Positions 1 through 13,700 of a stretch of DNA of 64,000 nucleotides are shown in pieces (positions within the stretch are counted from its first letter, which is position 1; each line of letters starts with the position of its first letter). Below the pieces are notes generated by a model that worked only from the letters and a program-made list of their open reading frames with translations, was not told the DNA's origin and did no database searches. A program made the position numbers and the translations under genes. Origin of the DNA: Tubiluchus corallicola (Eukaryota; Animalia; Priapulida); NCBI GenBank assembly GCA_030141605.1, contig JAQGDQ010000574.1, positions 73,933 through 137,932 on the forward strand. The letters run 5' to 3'.

Positions 1-1481
1 TTGAGTTCATTGGCAGCCAACTGTATGAACCGTTCATAGCTGTTCAATACGGGTCTATCGTGTCCTCTCATCTCCAATTCTATCATTTCATACAGCTTGT
101 CTGGTTCATTCTGCTGAACCTGCAAGTATATTTCAATAATTAATATGATGTCACGAAAAATGGGCTCTACATCATATGACGTCAGCAACTAACACGGCAG
201 TTCATGATCATGCTTATCATGGTACCACCTTCTATTTATCAGCGACACGAATGTGACAAAAAGGCGGTGCTGCCAATCTTAGTAGATTCACAGAGCTGCA
301 CGTAGGTTTGAAAATTTAACAAAATTTGAGTATCCAAGGTAATTATTATTTAATCTAAGCTTTGATTTAAAATAAGCTATTGTAGTTTTCAATATTTGAG
401 AGCATTCTTTATTCTGAACTAATGTTTACACAATCATAAGGTTTTCCTTTAAATGTTTCTGTGGCTTTACACTAGACACAAGTTTGGATTGATTTTGAAC
501 AGGCCTACAGCACAATAGAATTACATGCCGTGCAGAACGTAGCCAAAGCTCCATGATGCTTCTAGTAAAATTCCAGTCGTGAAACTAATTAAATCGCAAC
601 ACGTCGAAAAAGGTATCATCTTTCCACACACACTGCCACAGATATCTAGTAAGTATTATCACAAAATTGGTAAAATCTATAACAGTTAGTCAGTGATTAC
701 CTGACTGTCCGTTGAATAGAAGTTCAATGAAGAACATCGTAAACCACGCCACCTATAAATGAACATAAACATTATTAGTGTCATAGCTGCAGTTGAGATT
801 ATTGTCTAATGTGTCCTGTTATTTATATGATTTAACTAAAGCATAAGAAAACCCTCCACTTACATATTGCCTTATTGCATACAGAGCCTGTGCCGGTTGT
901 AACGTTGTATAAAAGTCGTAAATTTAAGCTCTCGCAATCACTGTCAGATGCAGCCGCTTTGTTGGTTGGTCGTCTGATACAAGTTTACGTAATGTTACAT
1001 GCAGTTTAAACAAAAAATAATCAGAGCATTCGTAGTGCACATCTTACTAAGTAAAATTTCAAATTGCTTCTTTATAAACCAACATCTTCCTGAAGAAATG
1101 AGCCAGAAGCAACAGACCTTGCACAAATTTTTGTAAAGTCTAGTGTAATTTGTAAAAAAAAACAGATGTGTGTAATTTTTTTTTCTTAATTATTAGTTCA
1201 TTTATATAAACTAGTATTCTTAAATAATTGCACATAGGAACCTTGACATTAATTTGTTTCTAAATTCATTCTAAGCATTTGGAATCAACACTAAGTGATG
1301 ATGAGTGATCAATGATGACTGATGATTAGTAGTAACAACTATCGCATAACAGATTCACTCGGTTAATTGGGTCAAAACACTTTTGTCCAAAGTGTGTCTA
1401 TTAAGCAGTGCCCACTATATTACTCATTGATTTTGTACCCCTAGCACACGGTTACGCCCTCTATGTGACAGATATTACATC

Positions 1482-1521
<40 letters not shown>

Positions 1522-4496
1522 TAATAATAATAATAATAATCTTTATTTAAAGTCGGCTTTTGGGTCAACAATTAACATTAGCTGAAAGAGCTATTATCGC
1601 CGACTGTAAATAACAACCTACAACTACATAACAGAGACCATTATTACCCCACTTTTACCCTAAATACGATGCATCAGGCAGGGCAACAGCAGGTACCATT
1701 TTTAAAGTCTTTGGTATGGCCTGGCTCCTGGTTCGAACTCACGACCTCCCAGGCGGAAAGCAAATGTGTTACCACTAAACTAAACCGTCTGCTTAAATGT
1801 ATTATATCTGTCTGTTTAGGAGAAAAATGATAAGCATCTTACCTATGCTTGTTAAAGCAAGTTCCATTGGGGATGCTTTGAGCTCTGAACACCAGTAACT
1901 TCAGGTTGGAATCCAAAAACTGAAATATAATTGATTTTATAAGGAATGAAATTTAAAAATAACGAATTTAAAAAAGCTGTTTGCGGCATTATATTTGCAC
2001 GGCTTCGACGGCCATCTTTATCACCATGCACTGCCATCTTGAAATGTTGCACACTTGCAGCTCTGTTATCTACCACAGGCATCCATCTCTGGAATCTACA
2101 AGTGAATAAGCCTATTCAAAGTTTTCACTGATTGATGATGATCGTGAAAAGGTCAAAGGTTAAGTGTAGCAGATAACGCATTTGTGTACACTTGACAATG
2201 CCTTGCAGCCCATGCTGTTGTAATAGTAACAGTTTTAACAGCTAGCTAGAACCTTACCTAGTTCATTTTTTCTTGTTCCCAAGCAAGATCCTGCTAGTAA
2301 ATCACTCTACTCACATACTAATGCATAATTAAGTAAAACAACTGAAGTTACTTAGCTAATGAAGCAAACAGCTTTGCTTTACACAAATGTCACATCACGA
2401 TTATTTAAGACGCGTTGGTACACTTAACCTTTAATGTACACAACGAAACCGTGAAAAGGCTTATTGTTATACCTTCTTTGATAAATACCTAAAATTATTT
2501 ATACTGACATGCTGAAAACTTTAGATAGCTTAGAGAGAAAAACTGACTAAGTTTAATACAGTCGTGTAACCTGACTACAGATGTGATTACTTTTTACATA
2601 TAATTTACGAGAGTAAATCAGTTTTGTTATATTTCTAATCTGGCAGGCTTCTTGATAGGCATGAATTAAATTTGCTAAATATTTAGCTCAGCAAACATGG
2701 CCGTAATTTTTCACAATCTTTCTTTAACATGATATGTAATTTTTTTCGGCACATTGCAGTCAAGAATCCAGCACTCAAAGGCTCAGCCTATCAAAAAAAG
2801 ATGTTCGTGTGGCGAGACCGGAATCTGTCTCAGTATCAAGAATGCAACTGCTAAAATAAGATGCTAAATTACAGAGGTGTCTCTGCCACGTTGTGATATA
2901 CACGTAAAAACGGTCAAAGCTCACGAGCGATGTCGACCCTAGGGCAGCCCGGTCTCACGGCCACTCGCATCCCAACCAACGATTCACATTTCAACCTTTT
3001 TCACCTTGTCACTAATGGCTGGAATGTTTATTATTGTTGTTTGTTTGTTTTATATTTTTCTTTTTCTTTTTTGCTTTATTTTGATCATTTCATTTAAGTA
3101 GTAAACTAAAGTTGCAGTCAGTGCCGTCAATTTTTCTCTTATTACAATATTAATTTATAAGGGGTGATTGACTAGATGACCTTTGGTCTTTCCTCAGCCA
3201 ATGTCCACAGGTAAAGCCAAGTTTTTTCGTAAAATGGAATTTCTGACAGGTTATTGGAGAAAATAAACATCTATGACTTGTTGTTGGCATCCTTCTGTCT
3301 CGGAATACAATGGAGTGTGCGCCAAGAGAGTCCGTTATTGAATTGATGGAGCTGCAGCGTCGACTTTGGCTGAGCAGTCCGATCCTTGAACAGCAGTTAG
3401 ACAGCCATAACTCGTAACCGCTGCCTCCCGTGCTGTTTCTGTCACTGTCACTTTCATTTAACGTCGTTTCACTTAACGCCGGATTTTCCAGGAACGCTTT
3501 AGAGTGTTAAGCGAGGCCTTACTGTGTTGGCTGCTTAAATCACTGCTGTCCTGATGGACTTAATATCTCCTTAAAAAGGTTTGAATTTGGTGCTCTAACA
3601 ACATTCTCCTGTAAACTTTTCCACCAAACAATGAGAAAAAAACGGCTCTTGCAATCAGTTTTTACGCATGGCTTGAACAGTTTCTTAGAATAACCAAGGT
3701 TGAATTGTAGAGAGATGCAGCTTTAAATAGTTTCTCACAAGAGACACGATTATCTACCTTTCAGATACTTATGTACCTCATATAAATTAGCTGTTTCTCT
3801 TCGTTGTTAGAAAGTATATTTTTGTACACCAGTCAGCTGCATAACATAAATGTAGACAACTGCCTTAAACTTTTTACATAATTACACACTTTACATGATT
3901 TGTTGTATTTGCACTATAAATATTATATTAGAGATAAATAAACCTTTTGAAATGAATTGAATTTTTGCAATTGCTTGATATCAGACTGAAACGACGGAGA
4001 TCAAACTACAGTTGAATACTCCGGTATGGTCGTATGTATACCTTATACAGAGTTAACGCTTGTTTCAGCTAATAGCAAAACATCGCTAGATCAAACCAAT
4101 ATAATTCTATTTGTCTTCTGACATATTTGAGTTATATGAACAGGAAGTTTAAGGTCGTGAGAAAATATCACACCCTAGATCATTAAGTTCTGACACACAT
4201 GTTAATAAATGAATTGTAACATTAATTCGCACTGTGCACTTGTCAGCGTTAGACAGCAACAGCCATTAATTTTATTAGGCCAAGTGTAGACATAGACATT
4301 TTAATATCCGCTTTTAAAGCAAAATACAAGCAGTTTCCGTGTACCAAATAAAATAAAGCAAAATAAAGAAAACAAAATTTCTGTGGTGTCGTCTGCACAT
4401 GTACTATGAGAAAAAATAACCAAAACGATTTTACACCTTTTTGTGATAAGCAATACAGACTGCACGCCGAAAAGCAGTCCACAAGGGAGCAGCCAT
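1..4496 (-). CDS. MRPS10: Mitochondrial ribosomal protein S10 (uS10m), 5' part; continues beyond left edge
   Basis: Phase-consistent GT-AG exons 4496-4437 (MAAPLWTAFRRAVCIAYHKK), 1919-1843, 752-701 and 119-<1. The last reads VQQNEPDKLYEMIELEMRGHDRPVLNSYERFIQLAANEL, matching recalled MRPS10 (EPD.LY......GHD..VL.SYE.F..LAA.EL). The N-terminus is basic and transit-peptide-like. Confidence 0.88.
1484..1787 (-). mobile_element. tRNA-derived SINE with a V-domain-like core, hairpin tail and (ATT)n end
   Basis: The minus strand shows A-box-like TAGTTTAGTGG and B-box GAGTTCGAACC, then CCATACCAAAGACTTTAAAAATGGTACC (resembles a V-SINE core from memory). It ends in an AGTCGG...CCGACT hairpin followed by (ATT)n at 1484-1540. 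Confidence 0.6.
2107..2463. mobile_element. MITE family A (~360-390 bp; TIR TAAGCCTTTTCACAGTT/AACTGTGAAAAGGCTTA), copy in MRPS10 intron
   Basis: The same sequence recurs at ~9500-9833 (partial), 17239-17630, 27290-27604, 28128-28205 (partial), 31943-32335, 35882-36254, 42079-42466 and ~47245-47744, in both orientations. It has terminal inverted repeats and no ORF. Confidence 0.8.
3278..3392 (-). mobile_element. 3' fragment of the 5S-derived SINE family
   Basis: The reverse complement matches the last ~115 nt of the element at 10165-10712, including the GGATGCC(AAC)n end. Confidence 0.8.
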
Positions 4497-4701
4497 GATT
4501 TCTTTTTACAGGTGCATTATGGGATATGGTTGAGAAAATAGCAATTAAATGAACGAAAGTAGTAAACGTGTTTCCTGAAATGTTACAAAGTATTACAAGT
4601 ATTTACATGTTACTTATTTTAGAGTAGTTCGATAAGCAAGAGTTTCATAATTTTAACTTCTATTATTATTTTGTTGTCATAGTGACAGTTTGTGTACAAA
4701 T
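4497..4701. promoter_or_regulatory. Bidirectional MRPS10/DNAL1 promoter with ZNF143(Staf)-like site (4511-4526) and RFX X-box-like site (4673-4686)
   Basis: Divergent ATGs lie at 4496 and 4702. The minus strand has ATATCCCATAATGCACC (Staf-binding-site-like). GTTGTCATAGTGAC lies 15 nt upstream of the DNAL1 ATG. Confidence 0.6.
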
Positions 4702-7700
4702 ATGGCGGTAATATACTCTGATGCTTTTCGTTGGCCTTAACTTTTCAAATTAATTTTATTATGTCATTTTGACATACATTCATGTAATATTGTTCATTTC
4801 TATCTTAGTATTAAAAATAAATATTTTTTGTAACATGTACTATTTTTCCAGGGTAAAGGCAATACCGTCAAAGAAGCTTTGGCAAAATGGGTAAACTTAA
4901 TTATGACACTTTGTTAATGTTGCATTGTTATTAATAATTATTACTTTTTATATTAAACTTCCTTTGATAATTTGATTTCTTTGATAGAATTTAACCTTCA
5001 TAATATTATGCTCTGTGTTCCACGTTTTGCTGACTAGCTGGTGCATAAATTATAAATTTTTAATATCATACTTTGGTTTTTATATATTAAATGGTTGTGA
5101 ATTTTTGGCAGGAAAAGGAAAAAGAGATGAAAGCTTCGGAAGCTGAAGAAATAAAATTATTAGCAGTTTTGCCTCCGATTGAGAAAATGGATGCATCGGT
5201 GTCAACCTTGGCAAACTGCAGGTTGTTACATTTATTCTGATGACGTTTTTTATGTTTCTGTCTTTGTAGCGTTTATGTAAACATTTGTTTGAAATGTGTT
5301 TTACAAACTACGAAAATGTGCTTTTTAATTTTGCTAAACACTGTCAGGCTGTTTGTCTGTAACGTCCTATACAAGACCTATTCGTTTGATGATTCACTTA
5401 GTGCATAAATTTTTGAATCTACTTCCTGCAATCAAGACCCATCCCATCAGACGTCTTCTTTCTGCTCACTAAGTGATTTTTAATTAGTTCGGTAATTAGC
5501 TGCATGCAGCAAAGTTAATTGTAGTACACAAAGTCATTTTATACTACGTCTTACATAGGTTTATAAAAACATTTTTGTATGAGGATAGCTAATGCAAGTG
5601 CATTACAGTAGAGGGTAAGATTTTCTGTAAATTACATGGCTGCAGAGTGTGTGGAGTCGATACATTAAACTCCCGACTCCGGCTTCGACTCCTTTAGTAA
5701 TTGCTGACTCTGACTCCACAGCCGTGCTAAATTGCGCATAGACACATTAAGAACGCGTCCGCGAGAAGACCATGCAAAATCGAAAAATTCCGGCACAAGG
5801 CTAGGTAACCGATTCGGACCAAAGTTCGGGTATGAGGTCCACTAGTCACTAGCATTCACTATGTGAATCCGTTTGGTCCAACTCCTCATGGTAGCAAAGG
5901 TACAGCATAGGCCGATTTTCATGAAAAAAGTACCTATTTTTCTCTATTTTTTGCCTATATTTGAAGGATTAGCCATGCAGCAACCACTGAGTTTGAATAG
6001 ATCTGACTCGGCATAGTATTGTATCTTGTTATCTTCTCCAAAATGACTTTTTTACTTTTGTCCCAAACCTCCCTCTTTCGGCTCTACTGTGGGTCTTTAA
6101 GCTCACATTACGCAGAAGATGCAAATACTCAGTCATTTTAAAGTCTTATATCTCACCCACTGCGGGAGCGGGAACAAAAATATCGATATGTATGTGAATA
6201 GAGCATCCCATCCCACTAGGCTGCAGTGGCAATTTCGATGGAGCGAATTTCCATCCTATTGTAAATGACACCTGAAGGAGGCATATATCAGGGTGAAAAT
6301 ATGGGTAACAACGTTCAACAAAAAGCTTCGTGTAGGTAAACATGAGTTGTCAAATCTTGTCAAAATACTTCAAAACGTCATAAATATTCATTTTCGGCAA
6401 CTAGGGGACTGGCCAGCACATTGGTTAAACTACCGACAGGATTGGACGCCATCATTCAAGATGGCGGCCACTGCTGAACTAAAATGTTCGTTTTCTGGGC
6501 TGTTTACCAGCGTTAAATGCGGTATTGTGGCTCGTTATCCGCACGAAACGAATATTGTGAATCTATTAGTCTGCACTAAAGACACTAGACCACATTTAGA
6601 GCGCTTCCATCTTCAAACAAATGAAATATCTACGGAATGGAAATTGCTTCTTGCAAGGACTGGAAAATGTTTTATGTACTGTTTATTTTCTATGCTTTGT
6701 AAATGTTATGTACAAGTTATTACCTAGTTATTATTCATTGTCTTACATAGGCGTAAGCCAGGACACAAAGATAATTGCCCTAAATCTGAGCGAATGCCCA
6801 AAAAATATGGGACAGACTTCCCCCAAAATATCATGTGTCCGGTGATTTTTTGACTGTAAAACATCGAAAATTTTTGTGCCTTTAGCGCAATCATTCAATC
6901 GCACTATTTGTATTTTTTGTCCGAAGTATCGATTTTGTGCCACAAATAAATTTTGGGCGAAGAAAAATTTTCTGAGCTAACTATCACCGCCATCCCCCTA
7001 GAAGCGGCCCATACGCTTATATTGTCTCATGTTTAGACTGTAAGATTTTCGCTTCATCACTTTCCCCATGATATATTTGTCTATATTTCTGTATCTATCT
7101 TCTAGGAATAATCTACCTGCATCGATAATTCTTTCTCTATTATTTAGATATTATGGTTTTGATTACTTGTACTACTCTTCAGTGTTAGTGTTACTTGTAC
7201 TACTCTTCATTTTTGTACTGATATTCATAATCTTCTATGTATAGCCATGAAGCTTATTCATATAAAAAGTATAAAAATGAACGGATGTATAAAAATTAAT
7301 GGATTTCTATTTTATATGTATATACCGAATGTTGTCAGATTCTTTCGCTAGCAATGACTCTCAATCTTAACAATCGGTACTTCTTTTCTATTAGAGGGCT
7401 TATTGTTTAGTCTTTCCTGGTATCCATTAGCGATTCGGTGTGTAGAGAATGCCCTGAATCAGGGTCGGACTCGGTACTAGGGGCATGCATGATGTCCTGT
7501 CCTGAAATCCATCAGAAGAGGCAATTATTCATATTTGTACTCATATGAAAATTCGGACATAACTAAACCAATTTAAGATGAAATTCGCAAATTTCTAGCA
7601 ATTTCCATGGCAAAGGAATCTATTGCTACTAAGAATGGAGAGCACTAGTCACAGAAAATGCAGGTTAAACGTGGATATATGTTTACTGTCATTTACGACC

Positions 7701-10700
7701 TGAGCCAAGTATGTCGACTTTTTACACATGGACGGAATTACTATGGAAAGTAAAAAAGTGGATATGGCAGTTTTTTCTAACAGTGCCCCTCTATATAATG
7801 TCATTCATGATATTGTCTCAGCTCGTGCGTTTTCATGAAATTTAGAATACAGATTTGTCACTTATAATCCAGCATATAGATAGAAAAAATATTGAAAAAA
7901 TAAAAAAGGCGAATTTTGCAGATTTTTGTGAAATTTTAAAGTGCCATTACTAAATACTGAAACAGGCTCCAGCGAATTTTCTTTTTTATATTATTAGTTA
8001 GGATGATGGTTAACACATACATGAAAACCAGAAGTTGTGTAGCCCCGCAGTGGGCGAGTTATGAGCCTTACAACTTAACCTCTCCCTGACTCTTAACAAA
8101 GAGCCGAATTTGAAAAATCCCGTTCTCTGATACTACTAATAGTATGTCAGAAAAAGTTAGGATATCAGAAGACAATGTCTGGGTCTATGTACCAGCCAAC
8201 TTACATTGACCCATCTATAATAGTTTATACAGGAGAAAAAGTTAAAATAACCTCCCAAAATAGCGATTTTTTTGCCTCTTTTGAGGTCAATTTCTTGATG
8301 TGGTCAGTTCTCTGCCAATAGTAGCTCGATCGATGTGATATCTTGGTTACATGGTTTTGGGGGGTCGCCCTTCATGTTAGAAAAAAATGATATAAATTCG
8401 TCACCCCTCATGTGCCACCCCCTGCATGGTGCTCTCGCGGACTCGTTCTTAATGATTTTGATTTATTAGTAGAAAAATCATTATAGGAAGTTATGTTTGT
8501 ATACCGTATTTCTTAACTTAAATATGGTTTATGAATAGAAAAACAACTATAGGAAGTTATGTTTGTATAATCTATTTCTCAACTTAAATATATGGGAGAA
8601 ATTAGGTAAAAAGTCTGTTTTTATTTTTCTATAGGAAATTGTCACTTTCAACAAACTGCATTGAAAAGATAGCAAATCTTAATGGATTAAGTAAGTGTGG
8701 AAGAAATATTGTTGTTAATAATTAGCACATTGTTGTGGTGATCCAGTAAATAGTAGATAGAAAATTGTAGAATATTCTTTTGTATAGTAGAACAATCTTC
8801 TTACCTTGTAGAATGTTCTATAGTATAGTAGAACAATCTTCTTACCTTGTAGAAGTTTCGAGAACTTTCTATTTCTAGATTATTCCTTTGCACTGACATA
8901 TAAGGCGGAGCTGGCCGCTCGAGTTTATTCTCTCACATTCTCTTGTATTCTCAGATACGCTTTCACGTTTCCACGTTTCCAGATTATCACATTTACTGCA
9001 ATCATTTCGCGTTCCTTCATACTTTTGTGTTGTAGAATTCTTGCTTAATAAACTAGTTTAATTTGACGACATGTTTTCTGGTTTTCTCTACGAGCCTTCC
9101 GAGAGAAACAAAACACAACACATATTTTTAAAAAATGTTAATTGCAACTTACAATTGTTATTGGTTTAAAAGTTGTTTGAAGAGAGCTTTTGCGACATTC
9201 AGTTTTGTGGATTTAGTGCTCATTATAATCATCACAAGAGCTTCTTATTTCCAAACAAAATCTTTCTTTCCATTTTCGAAGTAGCTAATGAGTTTTGGGG
9301 CATCAATATATCACTGCAGTGCTTATTAAGATACTTATCTGATTCACCATTTATGATGTTTATTAAAGAAAATAATAATTCTGAGCAGTTGTGTCTCATG
9401 TATAGGTACTGTGGAACTGCAGCATCCCCTATTTTCACTCAATATTATCGATAATATTCAATGTGATAAGTCTTTTTTCTTTAGTTCTTTCTTTATACTT
9501 AAACCAGAGCATGTGAGTGTAGCACTGTTTGCTTCACAGCACGCTTTAGCAATGCCACGTGACATGTGGGTAGAGCAAAGCCATCTGCCACATTAGTTCA
9601 GTAACTTTCAGCACTTTACTAAATTATGCATTAGTTTGTGCATAGAGTGATTTACTATCTTGCTTGGGAGCAAGAAAAAATGAACTAAGTAAGGTTCTAG
9701 CTAACTGTTAAGACTGTTAATATTACAGCAGCTTGGACTGCCAGGCATCATCAATTGTACACAAATGTATTGTACATTTAACATCTGACCTTTTCACAAT
9801 AATCATCAATCGCTGGAACTATGAAAAGACTTATTTTGCAACAGAAACGTCAAAACAAAATAGACAAATTAACGTTGAATAACCCTGCAAGCGTTTATTA
9901 ACCATTGTGGTTTTTGAAATTCATAACCATTTTGACTTTTTCAGAAAACTTAAAAGTTTTGTCTTTGGGAAGAAATAATATTAAAAGTTTTACTGGTTTG
10001 GTAAGTTATTATTTCTTAGCTAAACAAATTCAAGTTAAACTGTACATTTACGATAGCAACTATTTGAACTGTACATGCACTAGTTTCGATAGCAACTTAT
10101 TGAAGTATTCTCTTTTGTGTTGCTTGCGGTTTGTTATTAAATTCATAACATTAACATAACTATCACTACAGCCAAATCACGTCGAAAACACCGATTCTCG
10201 TACGATCACCGAAGTTAAGCAACGTCAAGCCTGGTTAGTGCTTGGATGGGTGACCGCAAGGAATACCTGGTGCTGTAGTCTTGCGGAATGCCCACACTGT
10301 ATCTCGACACTAGGCGGAAGAGCTGTACAAGCAGCCAACGGCTAGAGGGCGGAGGCGGTCAAGTGACCCAACGGTCATGTGTAGAGGAGTAAACCTTCCA
10401 AATCAGGAGTGGAGCCCCGAAGGCAGACCAGTGCAGCATGCTCACTGACTCCGGCAGCTCCTGCAGCCAACCTGGTGACAAACGTATCACTCCGTTTTCC
10501 TTTGGACTACACCAGCGAGGAAGAGAGAGGGTTCCTGCGGTCTGGGCAACTCAGGATCTCCATACACCTTGCCCAGGCGTGCGCCCTGGGGACGTTGAAG
10601 GATCGCACTGCTCAGCCACAGTCGACGCAGCAGCTCCATCAATGTGATCAATAATTGACTCTCTTGGCGCACACTCCATTGTCTTCCGAGACAGAAGGAT

Positions 10701-13700
10701 GCCAACAACAACAACATAACTATCTAAACTTAGTTTATTGATAGCAGCCTTCGTGGACATTAATGATAAATCATTAATCTAGTAATTAACTCCTTCAGGA
10801 CCACACCCAAAATAGTCTTATAAGACCTATGACTTTTCTGCTACCTTATGAGTACAGACATAACTAAATGATTACAAATTAGGTACTGTTCTATTCAGGA
10901 GAATATTGGCTATCCAATCATGCTATTTATTTAAGCATTTATAAGTGATTTAATTGGACAAAACACGCCATTCTCAGGCACTCGTACTTAGTCTATTGAG
11001 TAGCTCAGTCTGGTGTACACTTGTGTGATTGTACACGCTATTTTACAGATCGCCTGCTTGCTAGCCCCACAGAGCTGTCTGCTGTACAGAGTTCCAGGAA
11101 AAACCAACCGATCAACCAAGGATAAATCAAGGTCGTATCCAATTCCAACAGGAATTTCTGCTTAAAAATACAATAGACTTGAGGCCAAAGTATATCAGAG
11201 TGTTATGCCCGGACAGTTGAAATTTTCTGCATAAGCCGATTTCGTACAAGTGATACTGTACATTGAGTTCCCAAATACAAATATTTGCTTGGAATTCGTG
11301 TAATACTTATTAAAACATTGGATTTCTGATGACTAGGTTTAACCAAATGACTAATGCATTACTAAGATGCACTTTGCTGTTTCTTATCACTTTCTTCTAT
11401 CTCATCCCAAACGATTCTTAAATACAAATCAATTCTCTCAATTTGCGTCTTGACCCATATTCCTTCCGCCTGATTTGCTGCATGTGTTTTTAGCATAGCA
11501 TGGTACTTTTCAAGATCTGGTTCCATTAGACCTTTGTTTGATGGTATGGCGTCAATATCTAATTTGTTGGCTATAGCACGTGCTGCGTCTTCTGCCAATT
11601 TTAACAATGGAATGCCACTCATTTCTTTATGTTTTAGATCTTCTAAGATATTGACATCATTTAGCAGCGGGTGAAACATTGTGCCTTCTCGGCAACAGTG
11701 CCCAATGTACTGGAATATAGAGACAGCATGAGCTTTCAAGTTTTCTGTGCCCCAGTCATCTTTAGTGGTCACCACTTCGTGCAAGAAGGCCACTTTTAAC
11801 ATGTAAGAGTCAATGACCTTATCTGGTTGATACTTTATTGCTCTGTATAATTCTGGCAAGTTGACATCTGCCCTGACCAAAATGTTGTGGAATGTTGAAG
11901 CAACATGACTGGGATATAAATGTATTTCTTTGTTGCAAGAATACAGGACAGGCTTTACTAGCACCTTTATGAGGATAAACACCATCTTACGGTTGTTGTC
12001 TAAGTTCTTTATAAATCCACATTCAGCAACAGCAAATGTGGGTTCAACTTTTGTTGATACGCAATTATTAATTTTTGATTCGACTGGTTTGAGCACGTAG
12101 TGATAACTGTTGACATCCTCTGGCCATTTATCATTGGCATTCTTTGGTACTCCCACTTTTTCAAAACATGGTGTCACATCTACAGAGACTTGTGCTATTT
12201 TTTTGTTTGGCAACAGAACACATAATTTCAAACATGTACAGACTTTATTCCATTCCACTACATGTGGAAAGCTGTTTGGCACAATTTTTTCTTTAAATTC
12301 CTCTTCTCGCAATGCTGCTGGCACGGCTTCGCACAAGTATTGGGAAAACGTCTCCTTTAATTTTCCATCAGACAATGAATGATGCTTGATGAAATAATCT
12401 GCTGTGAAATCTCTGTGCAGTTGTACCACAGCAAAAAAATCAAACTCATCTGGCTGGCCAATCTTTACTCCACAAGCTGAACTGCCAACCAGTATGGGCA
12501 TAAATCTTATGTGATGATTTTCGTAAACAATTCTGCTAGCAGCACCTAACAATTCCATTATATTTTTTCTAATATCATCAAATTCTTCCACATTGGAAAT
12601 TTTTCCTAATCCAGGCTCAGAAACCAAGTCCTTTAGAGGCAATCCACAAATGTTTTTTGACACTGTTTCATCATCCCCTGTGACAGAAACTTCTGACACT
12701 GTTTCATCACCCTCTGTGACAGAAAGCTTTGAAGACACTTCTTGCCACATTTGAAAGTACTGATAAGAAAGAAAAAGTCCTGCAATTTGTTTATAATTTC
12801 TGTTCAGTGCCTTTGCGTAAGCTCGTCCGATGCAAATATCATAAGCTGTTTTATGAAAGTCATTTAACATTTTGGTCTGAACTCCTACATCAATGAGATA
12901 TTTAACAACGTCTACACTTTCAGCTGATGTGTGAGCATCTTGACAAGCCAGATGAATTAGACTTCCTCCATTGTAAAGTTTATTTACTATCTGTTTCACT
13001 ACTTTGGGTGAATACCTCTCTTGCATATTTTCATATATTAGTTTAAGAACATCCAGTCTACCTCTCACACATGCCATGGAAAGTGGGGTCCAACCATCAT
13101 CATTTTCTGCCAGAATGTCAGAGCCCGCAAACATCAGAAGAGCTGCACAATGAACATGTCTTTGCGTTGCTGCCGCATGCAGAGCGGTATAACCTGTTCT
13201 GTTTAGGTAGAAGACATTTGCACCTTTGAGAAGCAGATAAACAAGGATTTCAAAGTGCCCATGAATTGCTGCAGCATGGAGAGGCGGAGGACCATCAACT
13301 GAAATGTAAGGATGTTCATCAATTTTGGCGCCATATTTAATTAACAGCTTCACTATTTCAGTGTGGCCTAGCGATGATGCATGCTGTATAGGTCGTATTT
13401 TATACGTTTCTGGGAATGTATCAACTTCTGCTCCATAAGCCAACAGCATTTCACAAATTTCTGTATGTCCTTTTTGAATTGCTAATATTAAAGGTGAATG
13501 TCTACTGCTTCTAGAATGACAGTTTATTTCAGCACCCCGTTCTATGAGTTGCTGTGCAAGAAAAGTATGTCCCAAAGAACATGCAGTTTCAAGGGGGGTT
13601 ACTTCCATATGAACTGGACCTGAAAATTTTATAGTGATTCGTGATAGACTTTCTATTTCTGCTCCTCTGTTGAGAAGTTCATGAACAAGCTCATGCATGT

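Noticed and set aside
10165-10282. Functional 5S rRNA gene
   Set aside because: It has several substitutions, no oligo-T terminator, and runs into a SINE body bounded by a TSD.
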